Assembly: GCF_009914755.1 (NCBI RefSeq)
Contig: NC_060929.1
Strand: one strand, 5' to 3'
From: the human T2T-CHM13v2.0 reference genome, Homo sapiens
DNA length: 64,000 bases
Position numbers and translations under genes: made by a program. The notes under the pieces are model-generated. The model worked only from the letters and a program-made list of their open reading frames with translations. It searched no databases and had not been told where the DNA came from. Below, in pieces: positions 14,852 to 26,910 of the stretch (its first letter is position 1; each line of letters opens with the position of its first letter).

Positions 14852-15593
14852 TTTATTTTTTCAGAGGTATGTCACCTTCTGAGGGGGAAGAAATAGGCCG
14901 CAGGGTAGGCAATTTTATCCAATTTGAGTGAATCATTATACTTCTTCACTACCGGTTACTGACCCATGAAGGATGACTGCTAATTCATATGTTGTCTTTC
15001 TTTGCATTAATTTTGAAAATAGAATCACTTTCTAAAAATACATAATTTCCAACTATCAGAAAATTATCATAATATACATATTTTGAGAGAATAACTCATT
15101 TCACGGACATCTGCTGGAAAATCATAGTAATAAATATACACACCCATGACTTTTCTATAAGAATGGCACAAATGTAATAGTAGCTTTGTACTCTACAACC
15201 CCATCCAAATCACAGTGATTGGCTGTAGTGTGTGTCCATGATCTAAGCCAGATCTATAAAAATTTTCTCCTGGGAGCTTGCTGTGATGACCATCCTTTTC
15301 TAGTTGTAAAGTTGTGAAAATGTGAGCCTGAACTTACTAGTGATCAAGGTTCAATTTTGTGGAGAAAATGGTATACAGGCAAGAGGCCAATCCACAAAAG
15401 AGGAGTGGGAAATAGAGTCAGAAAGAAATAGTCCCAATGATTCTAGAATTTCTGCCTCCAATTCTACCTGAGGATATTTTTATCCTCACTTTTCTATGGT
15501 TCAACTATGAGACGATTTTTTCTGTTGAGTTGTGCAAAAGTTCAGATTTTGTCACATGGTTAAAAAGTCTTCCAATTAACATACATTGGATGT

Positions 15594-15943
15594 TCTCTTA
15601 GTCCATTTGGGCTGCTATAATAAAGTACCACAGACTAGATGGCTTATAAACAATACAAATTCATATCTCACAATTCTGGGGCCTGTGAATCCCAAGGTCA
15701 AAGCACTAACAGATTTCGTGTCTGGTGAGGTTCTGCCTCCTTTTAGAGACAGGTCTCACTATAGCCTCACATGATGGAAATGGGGAGGAAGCTCTCTGGC
15801 ACCTCCTTTATGAGGACACTAATTCTCTTCATGTGGGCTTTGTCCTCATGAGTTAATAAATCCCAAAGGCCCCATCTTCTAATACCATTATCTTGGGAGA
15901 TAGGATTTCAAATTAATTTTGGAGGGATAGTCAGACCATAGGA
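15594..15943 (-). mobile_element. MaLR LTR (MST/MLT1A-like)
   Basis: TCTTAGTCCATTTGGGCTGCTATAATAAAGTACCACAGACT...CCCAAAGGCCCCATCTTCTAATACCAT...TCAGACCATAG. Confidence 0.8.
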
Positions 15944-16629
15944 GAGGTCAAATAAAATGAACTCACTATAGTTAAGAATGAGGGCAGGAAGAGATACTCG
16001 GAGTAATCCCACTTTGTATTTATTAGAGTCATGTAGAGAATTATCTAGTGGTTCCTGCTGGGATTATGTCTAATTAAACCTAGTGGCACATCTACTCTTA
16101 GCACTGATTCTTGCTCAAGCATTTAAAAATATTTGTTGAATTAATTTCAAAACACACAGAGACAACTGTTTACTCATTCATTCATTTTGTTAAGTATTTA
16201 TTGATCAGCCTTTTTGCAATAGACACAGTTCTAATTACTCAGGATATTGTGTTGAGTACTTGCATTTAAACTCCCAGATCTCATTTTTTAAAACCTATAT
16301 ACATCAACAGTACATAGCCATCATGCCAGAAGCAGTTGATACATTAAAAGGAGACATTCTCCAGAACAATAGAGACAATTTAATAAAATGTATGAGTGAA
16401 CAAGGAGTTCTAGCTCTCAATTTATTGTTCCCTAGATGTGATATATTGGATATGCCATTTAGCCTACTAAGGCCTTAACATTTAAGTAGATGCTCTTTAG
16501 AGTTATACTTATTTAAGATTTATCTAGATGCTCTTTAAAGCTTATAACAAACAGAAATTTAACTAAATTATTTTTAAGGCTTATTCCAGGTAAAAAGAAA
16601 CTTAAAGTTTTTATTTTAATCTCTCAAAT

Positions 16630-16796
16630 TGGTGGTTTTCAAAGTGTGGTCCCCTACCAGCATCCTAGAAATTTGTTAAAATACACATTTTAGACCTCAT
16701 CCTAGACATACTGAACTACAAACCTTGGGGCAGGGAGTATAGCAATCTTTTTTTTAAAGAAGTTCTGATGGGTACTAGGCTTTCTCAACCACTGCC
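16630..16796. mobile_element. MER5-like hAT-Charlie MITE
   Basis: GTGGTTTTCAAAGTGTGGTCCC ... AGAAATTTGTTAAAAT ... AACCACTG termini. Confidence 0.6.
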
Positions 16797-16868
16797 TGGA
16801 CATATAAAATATGTTTAATAGTAAATATATGTATGGAAAACGTTTCTAATTTTTCATAACTATATCAT

Positions 16869-17170
16869 TGATATGGTTAGGCTTAGTGTCTCCACCCAAA
16901 TCTCGTCTTGATTTGTAATCCCCATAATTCCCACGCGTCAAAGAAGAGACCAGGTGGAGGTAATTGAATCATGGGGGCAGTTTCCCCCATGCTGTTCTCA
17001 TGACAGTGAGTGAGTCCTCATGAGATCTAATGGTTTTATAAGGGGCTTTTCCCCCTTCACTCCGCACTTCTCCTTCCTGCTACCTTGTGAAGAAGGTGCC
17101 TTGCTTCCCCTTCACCTTCCCCCATGATTGTAAGATTCCTAAGGCCTCCCCAGCTATGCTGAACTGTGAG
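16869..17170 (+). mobile_element. THE1-type MaLR LTR, 3'-truncated
   Basis: TGATATGGTTAGGC...CCACCCAAATCTC...ATCATGGGGGCAGTTTCCCCCATGCTGTTCTC; similarity stops at GAACTGTGAG. Confidence 0.85.
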
Positions 17171-17277
17171 ACAAAATATTTTGGGAATATTCTTATGCTT
17201 TTTGTGAATTTAAAATTATGTCAGTGTCACAGAGTTTTTTCCTGTGGGTTAATTACTAGGGATCAACTGCAGTGGAT

Positions 17278-17284
<7 letters not shown>

Positions 17285-17312
<28 letters not shown>
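17285..17312. repeat. (AC)n microsatellite
   Basis: Read directly. Confidence 0.95.
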
Positions 17313-17315
<3 letters not shown>

Positions 17316-18126
17316 TACATATGAGAATACTGATAAAGGCTTGTAACTAAAGAAACAAAACCTAGATGATCTCCTGTAATTATCCAATTCTTCCTGTTAC
17401 AAAACTCAGAAAATGATGAATAGAGAGACAGGGAGAATAAAATCCTGGGTTTGCAATCACTTCTATAAATGAGTAAGACTCTCCTTTATTTAGAAATGTA
17501 TTATCCTGTCTAAGTTTATAAGTAATGTGGTTTGGTTGTGTACATTTGCAGCTAGCACTAGTACATTAACGAACTTACAGAAAGATTTACCAGAAATTTT
17601 ATTAGGTGTCACTTTTGCTGTTTGGTCTCTATAACTGGAGTCTAAAACATCCTATATACTGATCTCTGAGAGAGTCTAGGATTACCCAAAGGAATGAAAG
17701 ATTTTTCCATAGGGTAATACAAAAATAGGAAGTAAATACACTTGATTTATATTCATGGGCCCTTTTTATTCTGTCTTCTTCTCCTCAATATTTATAATTC
17801 CCTTTATAAAAGTTTCTTCTTTAGACATATTTTATGGAGATTTGCTTTAAGTGATCCTTAATGACTAGAAGATAGGGACAGACACCACTGCTGCAATCCT
17901 ACCAGCTTTCTCAGTTTGGGCCTGGAAGCCAATTTTAACTTTTCCCTATTCAGTTAACTCTATATTGTATAAAGACATAGATAGATAGATGATAGTGATT
18001 ATTTCAGAGTGAACTGTGATATGGGTGTGGGTGGTGTGTTTCTAAGCAATAATTATGATTTGATTTTAAGTCAGAATTATTTGTTTCAGTAGCAGCAGTG
18101 GATATCAGAGTATCAGAAGAGAACAG

Positions 18127-18424
<298 letters not shown>

Positions 18425-20321
18425 TGTTTTGTTTTTTTTTTTTTAATCTTTAGTGAATGAGATTCAGAGTAGCATGGACATCTTCTTATATTGTGGGAGG
18501 ATTATTTTGTCACTGTGAGGGAAATCACAATTTCCTTTCCTCCTCTCCCATATCCTTGTCTAAAGTCACTTAACTTTGAGTTTGGCGGCTTTCTTACACA
18601 CTTGCCTACTATTAAGAGTCAAAAATAATTCCAATCTAGAAGAATAGTACTTTCTCTTTTCCCCTACCATTAGCTTTTGCTAGTTTTGACAATTTTGGGG
18701 AGTCTGTAAACCTGATATAATTATTTTAATGTTATATTTTTTATAAAATAAAGAATTTGAGGAGAAAAAGGATGTTTTAAAAATCTAATTCTCCCTACCT
18801 CAGAGAACTCAAGCATATTACTTATTTCACACTTTTAATCATTTCTTCTCTTTTTCTTTTCTCCAGTTTGCATGCTGCAGACTTGTTCTTATAATCTCTT
18901 CTTAAGTCTTTCCAGCAGCATCTGCTTTTCACCTTTTCTCATTTCTTCCCCTGATTTTTCAATGCAGTTTTCAATGGTTTTCTTTTGACACCACTTTCAA
19001 ATTTCAATTTTTTCTTCTGTTCTCTTTCTTCCTCTATATTCCACATATGACTTCCAAAGGTTTTGTAAAGATGAATTGTCCAGGATTAAGAGAGTGATTG
19101 ATTAAGAGCCTACAGAACTGGGAAGAGGAGAGCTGCCAAGCTTTTCTTTATGTGTAGCACAGTGGAGCTACCCAGAGTGTGAGAAGCAAGAAACAGAGAG
19201 CCTTGCTAAGGCACGACGAAAAGGGGAAGCCTATTAAAAGAATGATCTGGAGGAGTGTGCAGTGAAGAAAATAAAGTAGAGCCAGCCTGCTGGGTCAGTA
19301 GCTAATAGCCCATGGGTTTACAACTAAGGAAGTTAAAATTCTAGCTAATGAGAATTGTAGACACCTACTGAGAGTGAACCGAAGGCTTCCTATTAACTTC
19401 CCTTCTTGGGTCTTTTTGACAGAACAGTCAGAAAGTTGTTTCCTATTTGTTTAGTAGCAAAAGAGTTGAAATGGAGGTTTAAAAAATGATGAAAGAGAAG
19501 TTGGAGGCAATCTCTTACTCAGCTCCTTCACGAGGTCCAAATACGATGTCTCCCCCACTCCACTCAAAATGTAAATCAGCATAGGTCACAAAAAGAGGAA
19601 GGACAGTTAAAAAAAAAAAAAAGAGTTGGGCCAAATAAGACATACAGCCAAGATGACTGAGACAATCAGAGAGGATTTGGGGTGTGGGGACTTCAAATTA
19701 ATAAATCCGGTATTAGCTTTGTGGAATTAGCAGGATTAGGGTACCTCTTTCAAGAACACTGGTTGAATTTCATGGTTTCAATAGATGACCATTAGCTGTT
19801 ATGTGCACCCCCCCCCCTTTTTTCTTGCAGAAGTTAAGAAGTCTGCTTAACTCGCAGGTCACCAAGAGATTGATTAAAGGCCTCTGGACATCATTTGGGT
19901 TTGGATAAATCTGTAGGGCCACTTTACAGACTGTCTCCAACTCCTGATCCCACTGTGGTTCTTTCTGAATTGATCCAGGTCCCTGCTAGCAAGTGAAGCA
20001 GAAAGAATCCAGGCTAGTTGTGAGATGACATACAGCAAGCAGGCTGAGATGATGGGGACATTTCAGAACCAAGAGGAGGGGGCGGGCAGGACACGGACTT
20101 GTCTCCCCCACCTTGATGCCAAGGTGGCATCTGGGAGATATCTCGAAGGGCAACGTCGAGGGGACTGCAAGCGTCAACCCTGGCGCGGCAGCACGGCGCC
20201 CCTCTCCGCGGGCGGGGAGCGAGCGCGTGTGCGCGAGAGCGCCGGGCGGCGGCGGGAGGAGGCGCAGGCGCGCTGCTCGCCCGTCTGCAGCCCCGAGCCG
20301 AGCGCCGCGTCTCGGGAGTTG

Positions 20322-20480
20322 ATGGCAGCACCACTGTGCGGCCGCCCGGCCGAGCGCGGAGCGCAGCCACTCGCCGCTGCCCAGGGAGCGCCCAAGATGT
20401 GGGGGGACCGGGGCGGCAGCGGCCGTAGCAGCGCCAGGGACGGGGGCACGCAGCAGCCTCCGCTCGCCCGCCTGTCCTGA
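20322..20480 (+). other. Candidate uORF in the PRR16 5' leader (52 aa; second in-frame ATG at 20397 gives 27 aa)
   Basis: ATGs at 20322 and 20397 are in frame, stop TGA at 20478-20480, out of frame with the main ATG at 20504. Confidence 0.5.
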
Positions 20481-20503
20481 CCTGCCTCGCTTGCCCCCAA
20501 AGA

Positions 20504-20662
20504 ATGTCAGCCAAGTCCAAGGGGAACCCCTCCTCGTCCTGTCCAGCCGAGGGACCGCCGGCAGCCTCCAAAACCAAGGTGAAGGAACAGATCAAGATCA
20601 TCGTGGAGGATTTGGAATTAGTCCTGGGCGACCTGAAGGACGTGGCCAAGGAACTTAAGGAG
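20504..20662 (+). CDS. PRR16: PRR16 (Largen, proline-rich protein 16), first coding exon, residues 1-53
   Basis: MSAKSKGNPSSSCPAEGPPAASKTKVKEQIKIIVEDLELVLGDLKDVAKELKE is the Largen N-terminus as I recall it, with a heptad-like acidic/hydrophobic helix; A at -3; phase-0 donor GAG|GTGAGA at 20662/20663. Confidence 0.93.
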
Positions 20663-23600
20663 GTGAGAGGCGCAGGGGTGGGGAGGGAGTTCGGCACCCT
20701 TCGACCCCTCCGGGGTCCCCTTTCCGATTTTCAGCAGGGACAGCCAGATTTCCAAACTCCTGGGAAACTACAGAAAAGGCGCCTGCAGACGGACTTTCTT
20801 TGCTCCTGGAGTCCTGAGAGGAGTTGTTGTTGCACTTTTTAATTTTTTTTTTTAATCAGGAAGAAATCAACTAGTGTTTTAATCGATGGACCTGGGCTGG
20901 TGGGAGGGATGAACGCACGCGTGTCTCTGAATCTGTGTGTGTGACGACGGGGGAGAGGGTTAGCTGGGGGTGTGTCGGCAGAGGAAGTCGTGAGCAGCCC
21001 GGCTGGAGCGTGCAAGATGCTCCTCTCCTGCCCTATTGCTTCCCCAGAGTCCTTTGGCAAGTCCGCTGCCTATCTGTCAGCCTCCCCAAGTCAGGGCTGA
21101 AGAGGGGCCGGGTTCTGGGCCCTGGGCCAGATCAGGGAGGGCAGCCTGGAGGAAGCTTGGCTCAGACTACCCTCCCTGTCTCTCGAGCCTCGCTGTAGGG
21201 AAGGCGACCCGGGCTGCTGGCAGCCTTGGGGCTAAGGAGGGGGTCTGGGACTTTCTCACTTTCTCAGTTTCTGAAGCATCCCCTGCTCTCCTCCGAACGT
21301 CGTTACCAGTAACTCTGGGCCTTCCCGCCACCCTACCTCTGCTTCCTTCCTTCCACCCTGTCGCCACTTGGCATTGAACCCGAGAAGCAGGACGCGCAGG
21401 AGAGTGTATGTGTGGCCGGGGTCTTGCCATTGGCGTCCTGGCTCTCTGCAGCTGGGACTGCTTCGGTTCTTCCCCGCTTTTCCTATCCCACTTCGGTTCA
21501 GCCCTACTCCCGCCCGCCCCTAGCCCCAGGTGATCCAGATGGAAAGAAGCAGAGAAGGTGTCAGGGCTGAGGCTGCGTAACTCAGGCGGCGGCTCCGGGC
21601 GGGGGCGGGGGCCGGGCTGGGAGGGGTGGGGTCTCCCGAGCCAGGCTGGCTGCCGGCGGCGTCGCGGAGCTGGTAGCAGAGTCCCAGCGCGCCGCTCACT
21701 ACTGAATGGGGTCCTGGTGCGGTTCTCGGTGAGGGAGTCCGCAGCTCCGCTGCGTGAGAGCTAAGACTAGAACTTCGAAGGTGGCGGTGGCTGCAGCGGG
21801 AAAAGGGGTGGGGCGTAGTCTAGGTCCAAAATTGTAATCCTGTTTCTGAAGCCAACGGGGAGGAGACTGAGGGTTGTTTGGATGACTGGCCTCTAGAGAT
21901 TAACCTCCTGTATTCAATTTCCAAACCAAATTTCAAGAGCCCCCTCGTCTTCCTCCCCTTCCCCCGTTACCTCTATGAACTGAACTCTGCATTTGTTACC
22001 TAATGCAAGTCTGTTAAAATGGGCCATTCGTCACCAGGGTTAAGTTTGCCAGTGGTAAATGTCGTTCCTGTAGGTTACTCCACAGACAGAACATAATTAG
22101 TACTGAGGTCCTGAGAGTGGCTGTTAGTATACATAGATTCAGGGATAAAACTTGTTCGTGTTTTCAGGGTTTCTGTAGGATTATTGCTTCACAACTGGTT
22201 GACAGATGGTGGGGTTATGCATTGAAATTCAATTCTAAAAATGCTGTCCCTTTCTTTGTTATTCTTTTATATGACATCTTTGGTAGACTGTGTTTTCATC
22301 TGAAACATGGCGTTTTAAAAAATGAAATTGGGCATGTTCCTTTCGGCAGAATTGTGCTTAATAGTTGGTGAGGTTTCTATGGGCGATGTGGAAAACCTAC
22401 AGCGGCACAGAAACGTATTTACTGTTTTCATGAGGCTGAGACTAAAAGAAAGGTAGTTAAACAGAATTCTGCATCTGTGAGCCATACTTCCTTATGTTTT
22501 AATGTCAGTCCACTCACTTTTTTTGCACAGAATAAATGACAAGAAACTGCACATGGTCCTGGTTTTGCTTTGCATCATTATTTATGGACATTTAGAGATT
22601 AAGTAGTGAAATCTTCAACCTCCCTGTGGTTATTGGTTAGAATCACAAAAATGTAAGTCAGGAAATCTGTTGATACCACTTTCTGTGTCTTCATTACTGA
22701 AGATTTTTTAAGGTTAAAAAAAAGGTTGTTTATAAGAGGAATAAAAAGCAGAGATAATGTACAACCCAGTAGATGAAACTATCTGACAGATCTAGAGATA
22801 CAATTTTGACTCAACATTTTGGAAGATTTGTTTGTCTTAAGGATCTGTTTGAGTAAAAATCTCACCATGAAACTGAAATTTATGACATAAATAATGTGAT
22901 GTGATTGTTAATTACTTTTGTGTGGGTATCATCATCCTAGATTTGCACAAGAAAATGTACCTACAATGGCCAAATCCCAAAACATCGGCTATTCATAGAA
23001 TATGAATGAAAATATTTTGAGAACAAAGTATTTATAGGGTATGTTTAACCTATGACATCTTGCAGTTGTCCAGCATGTATCTTTTTAGGATAATCCTGCA
23101 TATGTGAGTGAACATGTCTTTGGTATAGTTTTGGATAAAGAAATAACAAAACTTTGTACATTACAAAGCTTGTTGGTTGCTGTACATGAATGTTGCTATT
23201 CATCATATTCAGTATTCTGGCAGTTTAAAATTAGTACGTGTTAAATATAAACTGCTATATTTAGAATTCTAATTCCTTTATTGGCAATGCTATGCTTTTA
23301 GACCATAATATATTTTAATATAAATTATCGGCGAGCTCTTCTTAACTTGCAACAGAAATTAAAAATAAAAAAGTAGTTATGACTATATCACTATGGCAGT
23401 CATCATATAGTATTTATTTTTTCTTTCTGCTTTTAAAAAATATCTAGTTAAAATGCAATCTTCTTTAATTCTGTTCTTTGTTTTTGTGTAATTTCTGCAC
23501 CAACAATATTAAACTTTGGTTTGAGGTTACTCTGAAATTGCTTTTCTTCATAGAAGTTTTCTGGGCTTAAGTCATCTGAAAACTCAGGTAGTAGGATAGA

Positions 23601-25342
23601 ATCAAACATAATAGTAATTGCTTGAAACACTTTAATAAGTAGTGACAAAACTCTAGTCTGCTCAGCAAGAAGAGTTGTTATTTTGGGTATCTGTTTTATG
23701 ATTATTTAGTTATAATTACTTAATCAGTTATAATTGGATTATATATTAGAAGCAGAGGAACAGGCTTTCTAGAAAGTCAAAGAGCAGCCTTATTCTACTC
23801 TCAGAATTTAGTAAAATCTCAAATAATTTGACTTTTCAGAAATAATATGGGTCCTTTTGTTTTCTATGCTATTAATATATTGGAAAAGCCTTAAATATAA
23901 TTCAGTATACTTATTGAGCACCTACCATGTTCCAAGTACTATAACACCTTTTAAATTGCTACCAAGATGAATAAGGCATAGTTTCTGGTCTCAGTGAGCT
24001 CCAAAGGTTAGTTAGGGATATATTTATCCTGTCTTCCAACATCAGCAGTATAAAAAGACATTGTGGCCTTTAGTGGCCACTCTCACTGCAGGCTTGGGGA
24101 AATCGAGAATTGAGAATGAGAGTGAGTATATGTTGATTTATAAAATGATGCGTGCTGCATACTTAGTAGTATGGCAAGTCTTTGATGAAGAAATAAGCTT
24201 AAAAAGATGAAAATATATGAATTTTAAGAAATTTACAGTTGACTTAGATTGTCATGGTTAACATAAATGGATCAATACCATATACAGGAGATTACATATT
24301 CAAATGTTGTAACTAAATACTGAAGATTTCCATGAAAGCTAAGTCTTTTGGAGAAATGGAGAGTTAAAAAGGAAGATTTTGAATTCTTCTTTTTCTTAAT
24401 GTAAATAGGGTTTTAAGAGGTAGTCACAGGTAAAAGGAAATAGGTTTGGACTACAAGAGTAATCCATGTTGCATTTTTCTACACATTGAAAAAAAAGAAG
24501 AAAATAGTGGTGAAACTCTAGAGTTTTAGTGATAAAATTAACCATAACTGGTAGAGTAGGTGTGAGTGATACTTTTTCACTAAGAAATGTAGAAACAAAG
24601 CAATTGCTTTTTAAAATAGTTCTCAAATAATCTAATGCCTTTGAGTAGCAATATGCCTGTTCTTTTATGAAGATCTCACTGGTAAACTATTTTGCATTAA
24701 ATGCTGGTATTAATATGGGATCACATATCTTATTGGTCAGAGTGACACTGGAATCTGTAATAATCAGCCTTTTATCTGGAAACAAAACTAATTGCAGCTT
24801 TAGCTGGATTCTCTTTTAGTTTAGACTTGTTATAACCTTGAGCTTTTCTTGTAGTGTTTATTTTTATGATTTCAAGTAACAAGGCTACTATATGAGTTGA
24901 AAAACATATGTAAATAATTTCTTGAGAGGCTTTCTGAATAGACATGACTCTAACAGAGAAACTAAAATAAAGTTGTTTTGTTGTTGCCTTAGAATCACTC
25001 AGTGACTGGATCTCCATTGGTGAGAAGTATGTCAGCATTGTTGCCATGGACTGGAAAGCACCCATAATTTGTCTTACAATGGCATAAACTGAAATAAATT
25101 TAAGTTGAATTTTGAACAATTTGAACCCCATAGGAAACAGTCTGATTTGAACTGATGAAAACAGAATTAACAATTATCTGAAAAATATTTTCACTTCTAA
25201 ATGTTCCCTCTTTTAATGTCTTAACCACTTGATGTTCTATAGTTTATTGTCTGGAAATTCCTACCGAGTATTTTTTGGTTAATGAGCCCATGCATAAAAA
25301 ATTCGTTACAAGAAAAAATTATAGAGAATAATCTCGGAACTA

Positions 25343-25646
25343 TTTTCTTTTTGTTTGAGACAGTATCTTGCCCTGTCACTTAGGTTGTAGGGCAGTGTTA
25401 GAGATCTTGGCTCACTGCAGCCTCCATCTCTTAGGTTGAAGGAGTCTTACCACCTCAGCCTTCTGAGTAGCTGGGACTAGAGGCATGCGCCGCCATGCCT
25501 GGCTAATTTTTAATTTTTTTTTTTTTGATAGAGATGGTGTCTTGCCATATTCCCCAGGCTGATCTTGAACACCTGTCTTCAAGTCATCCTCCTGCTTAGG
25601 CCTCCCAAAGTGGTAGAATTATAGGTATGAGCCACCATGTCTGGCT
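25343..25646 (-). mobile_element. Alu (old, AluJ-like)
   Basis: Diverged reverse Alu with two arms. Confidence 0.9.
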
Positions 25647-26669
25647 TGAAGTATTTTCCAAGTTCTAAAGTTGTGTATAAATAGAATTTAGTAGTTCTTT
25701 TAATTGTAGCAATAGTCATACTTTTACTACTTTATACCACAGTCTACCTCCCCAAACTGTGGTATATTTACCAAATGCTAAAATGCTCTGAAATTTTTCT
25801 TTACTTAGGCATGATGGCCTAGCAGTTACCAAAAATAATTTTGAGAACATAGAGGTAGCCAATAATCATCCATCACTGTCTATTTCCAATGAATTAAAAC
25901 ATTCAACACTTAGAGAATTAGCTGATAAGAAATTCAAGCAGCCTTAAAGTAATAGATAGTGTGTTTCAGGCAACAGTGAAGTAATAGATAATAAAGCCAG
26001 TGTAATAGGTTTCATTATTACCTGGATTATGTTATTTTCATCCTTGCTTCTCTGAGGATCTCAGGTACTTAAATCTAAATGTAGGAAAAAAGATAGAAAT
26101 GCAAGTTTGAGCAAAACATATTTTCCCAAACTATAGAACTTTTCTTCTGTAGAGATAGTTCTTGAAAAATTTCAGGGGCAATTTTAGAGATTTAGAGTAA
26201 TAAAATTCCAGTAGGTCGCTGATTCAACTCTGATTGAAATATACATGACTGACATCAAGCTGCAAATACAAAGTTAACAAACAACAAAGGGCACTATTAA
26301 AAAAATCAAATTTATTTTTTCTGATGTTAGGAGCAGCACATGAATATTATAGAAAGTTTGCAAAAATCTAAAGAAATATAAAGGAGAAAACAAAAATTAT
26401 CTTTAGTACCACATAAAAATAAGTATACTAAACATTTTGTCATATTTTCTTTTAGTCTTTTTGTATGCATATTTTAACATAGATGAAGTTATACAAAGTT
26501 ATAAATTATAAGCAATGACATTTTCTACTTTCTTGAATGATATAGATCGTAACTATTACACAGATTTGCTATAAGTTACTTCATACTTCCCTTAATATTG
26601 GGTATTCTATTTATTTCCAGCTTTTCATGGTTATTAAACGTCACTAGAAAGAGCAGTTTTGGCAATATG

Positions 26670-26910
26670 AATATCTAACAGAGGTCTTACTCTCTGCCAG
26701 GTACTCTTCTCAGCGCATTTATTTATATTAAATTATCTAATTCTCAAAACAGGTAGATGAGGAAGTTACTGATATTGCCCATTTTACACATAAGAAATCT
26801 GAGGTCCGAGATAGTAAGTCATTTGCCCAACTCACTTGTCTTGTAAGTGGAGAAGTGAAGCTTCATTGCCAGGTAGCTTGGTGTCAAAGAACAGCATTAA
26901 CCGCCAAGCT
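26670..26910 (-). mobile_element. MIR
   Basis: CCCATTTTACACATAAGAAATCTGAGG...AAGTCATTTGCCCAA. Confidence 0.7.

Larger units (their letters stand above)
20070..21820 (+). promoter_or_regulatory. PRR16: CpG island / PRR16 promoter and 5' end
   Basis: Sharp rise in GC and CpG content against an AT-rich background; GC boxes at 20078-20086 and 20210-20217; NRF1-like GCGCAGGCGC at 20262-20271; no TATA box. Confidence 0.9.

Noticed and set aside
20025-20321. 5' extension making the uORF frame 151 aa
   Set aside because: ATG 20025 lies upstream of the GC boxes and the likely TSS, so it is probably not in the mRNA
20014-20697. 227-aa antisense ORF and other ORFs over the CpG island
   Set aside because: Arg/Ala/Pro/Gly-rich shadows expected from stop-codon scarcity in GC-rich DNA; no recognisable domain
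20663-20842. Continuation of the 112-aa ORF beyond codon 53
   Set aside because: Read-through into intron 1 past the GTGAGA donor; not Largen sequence
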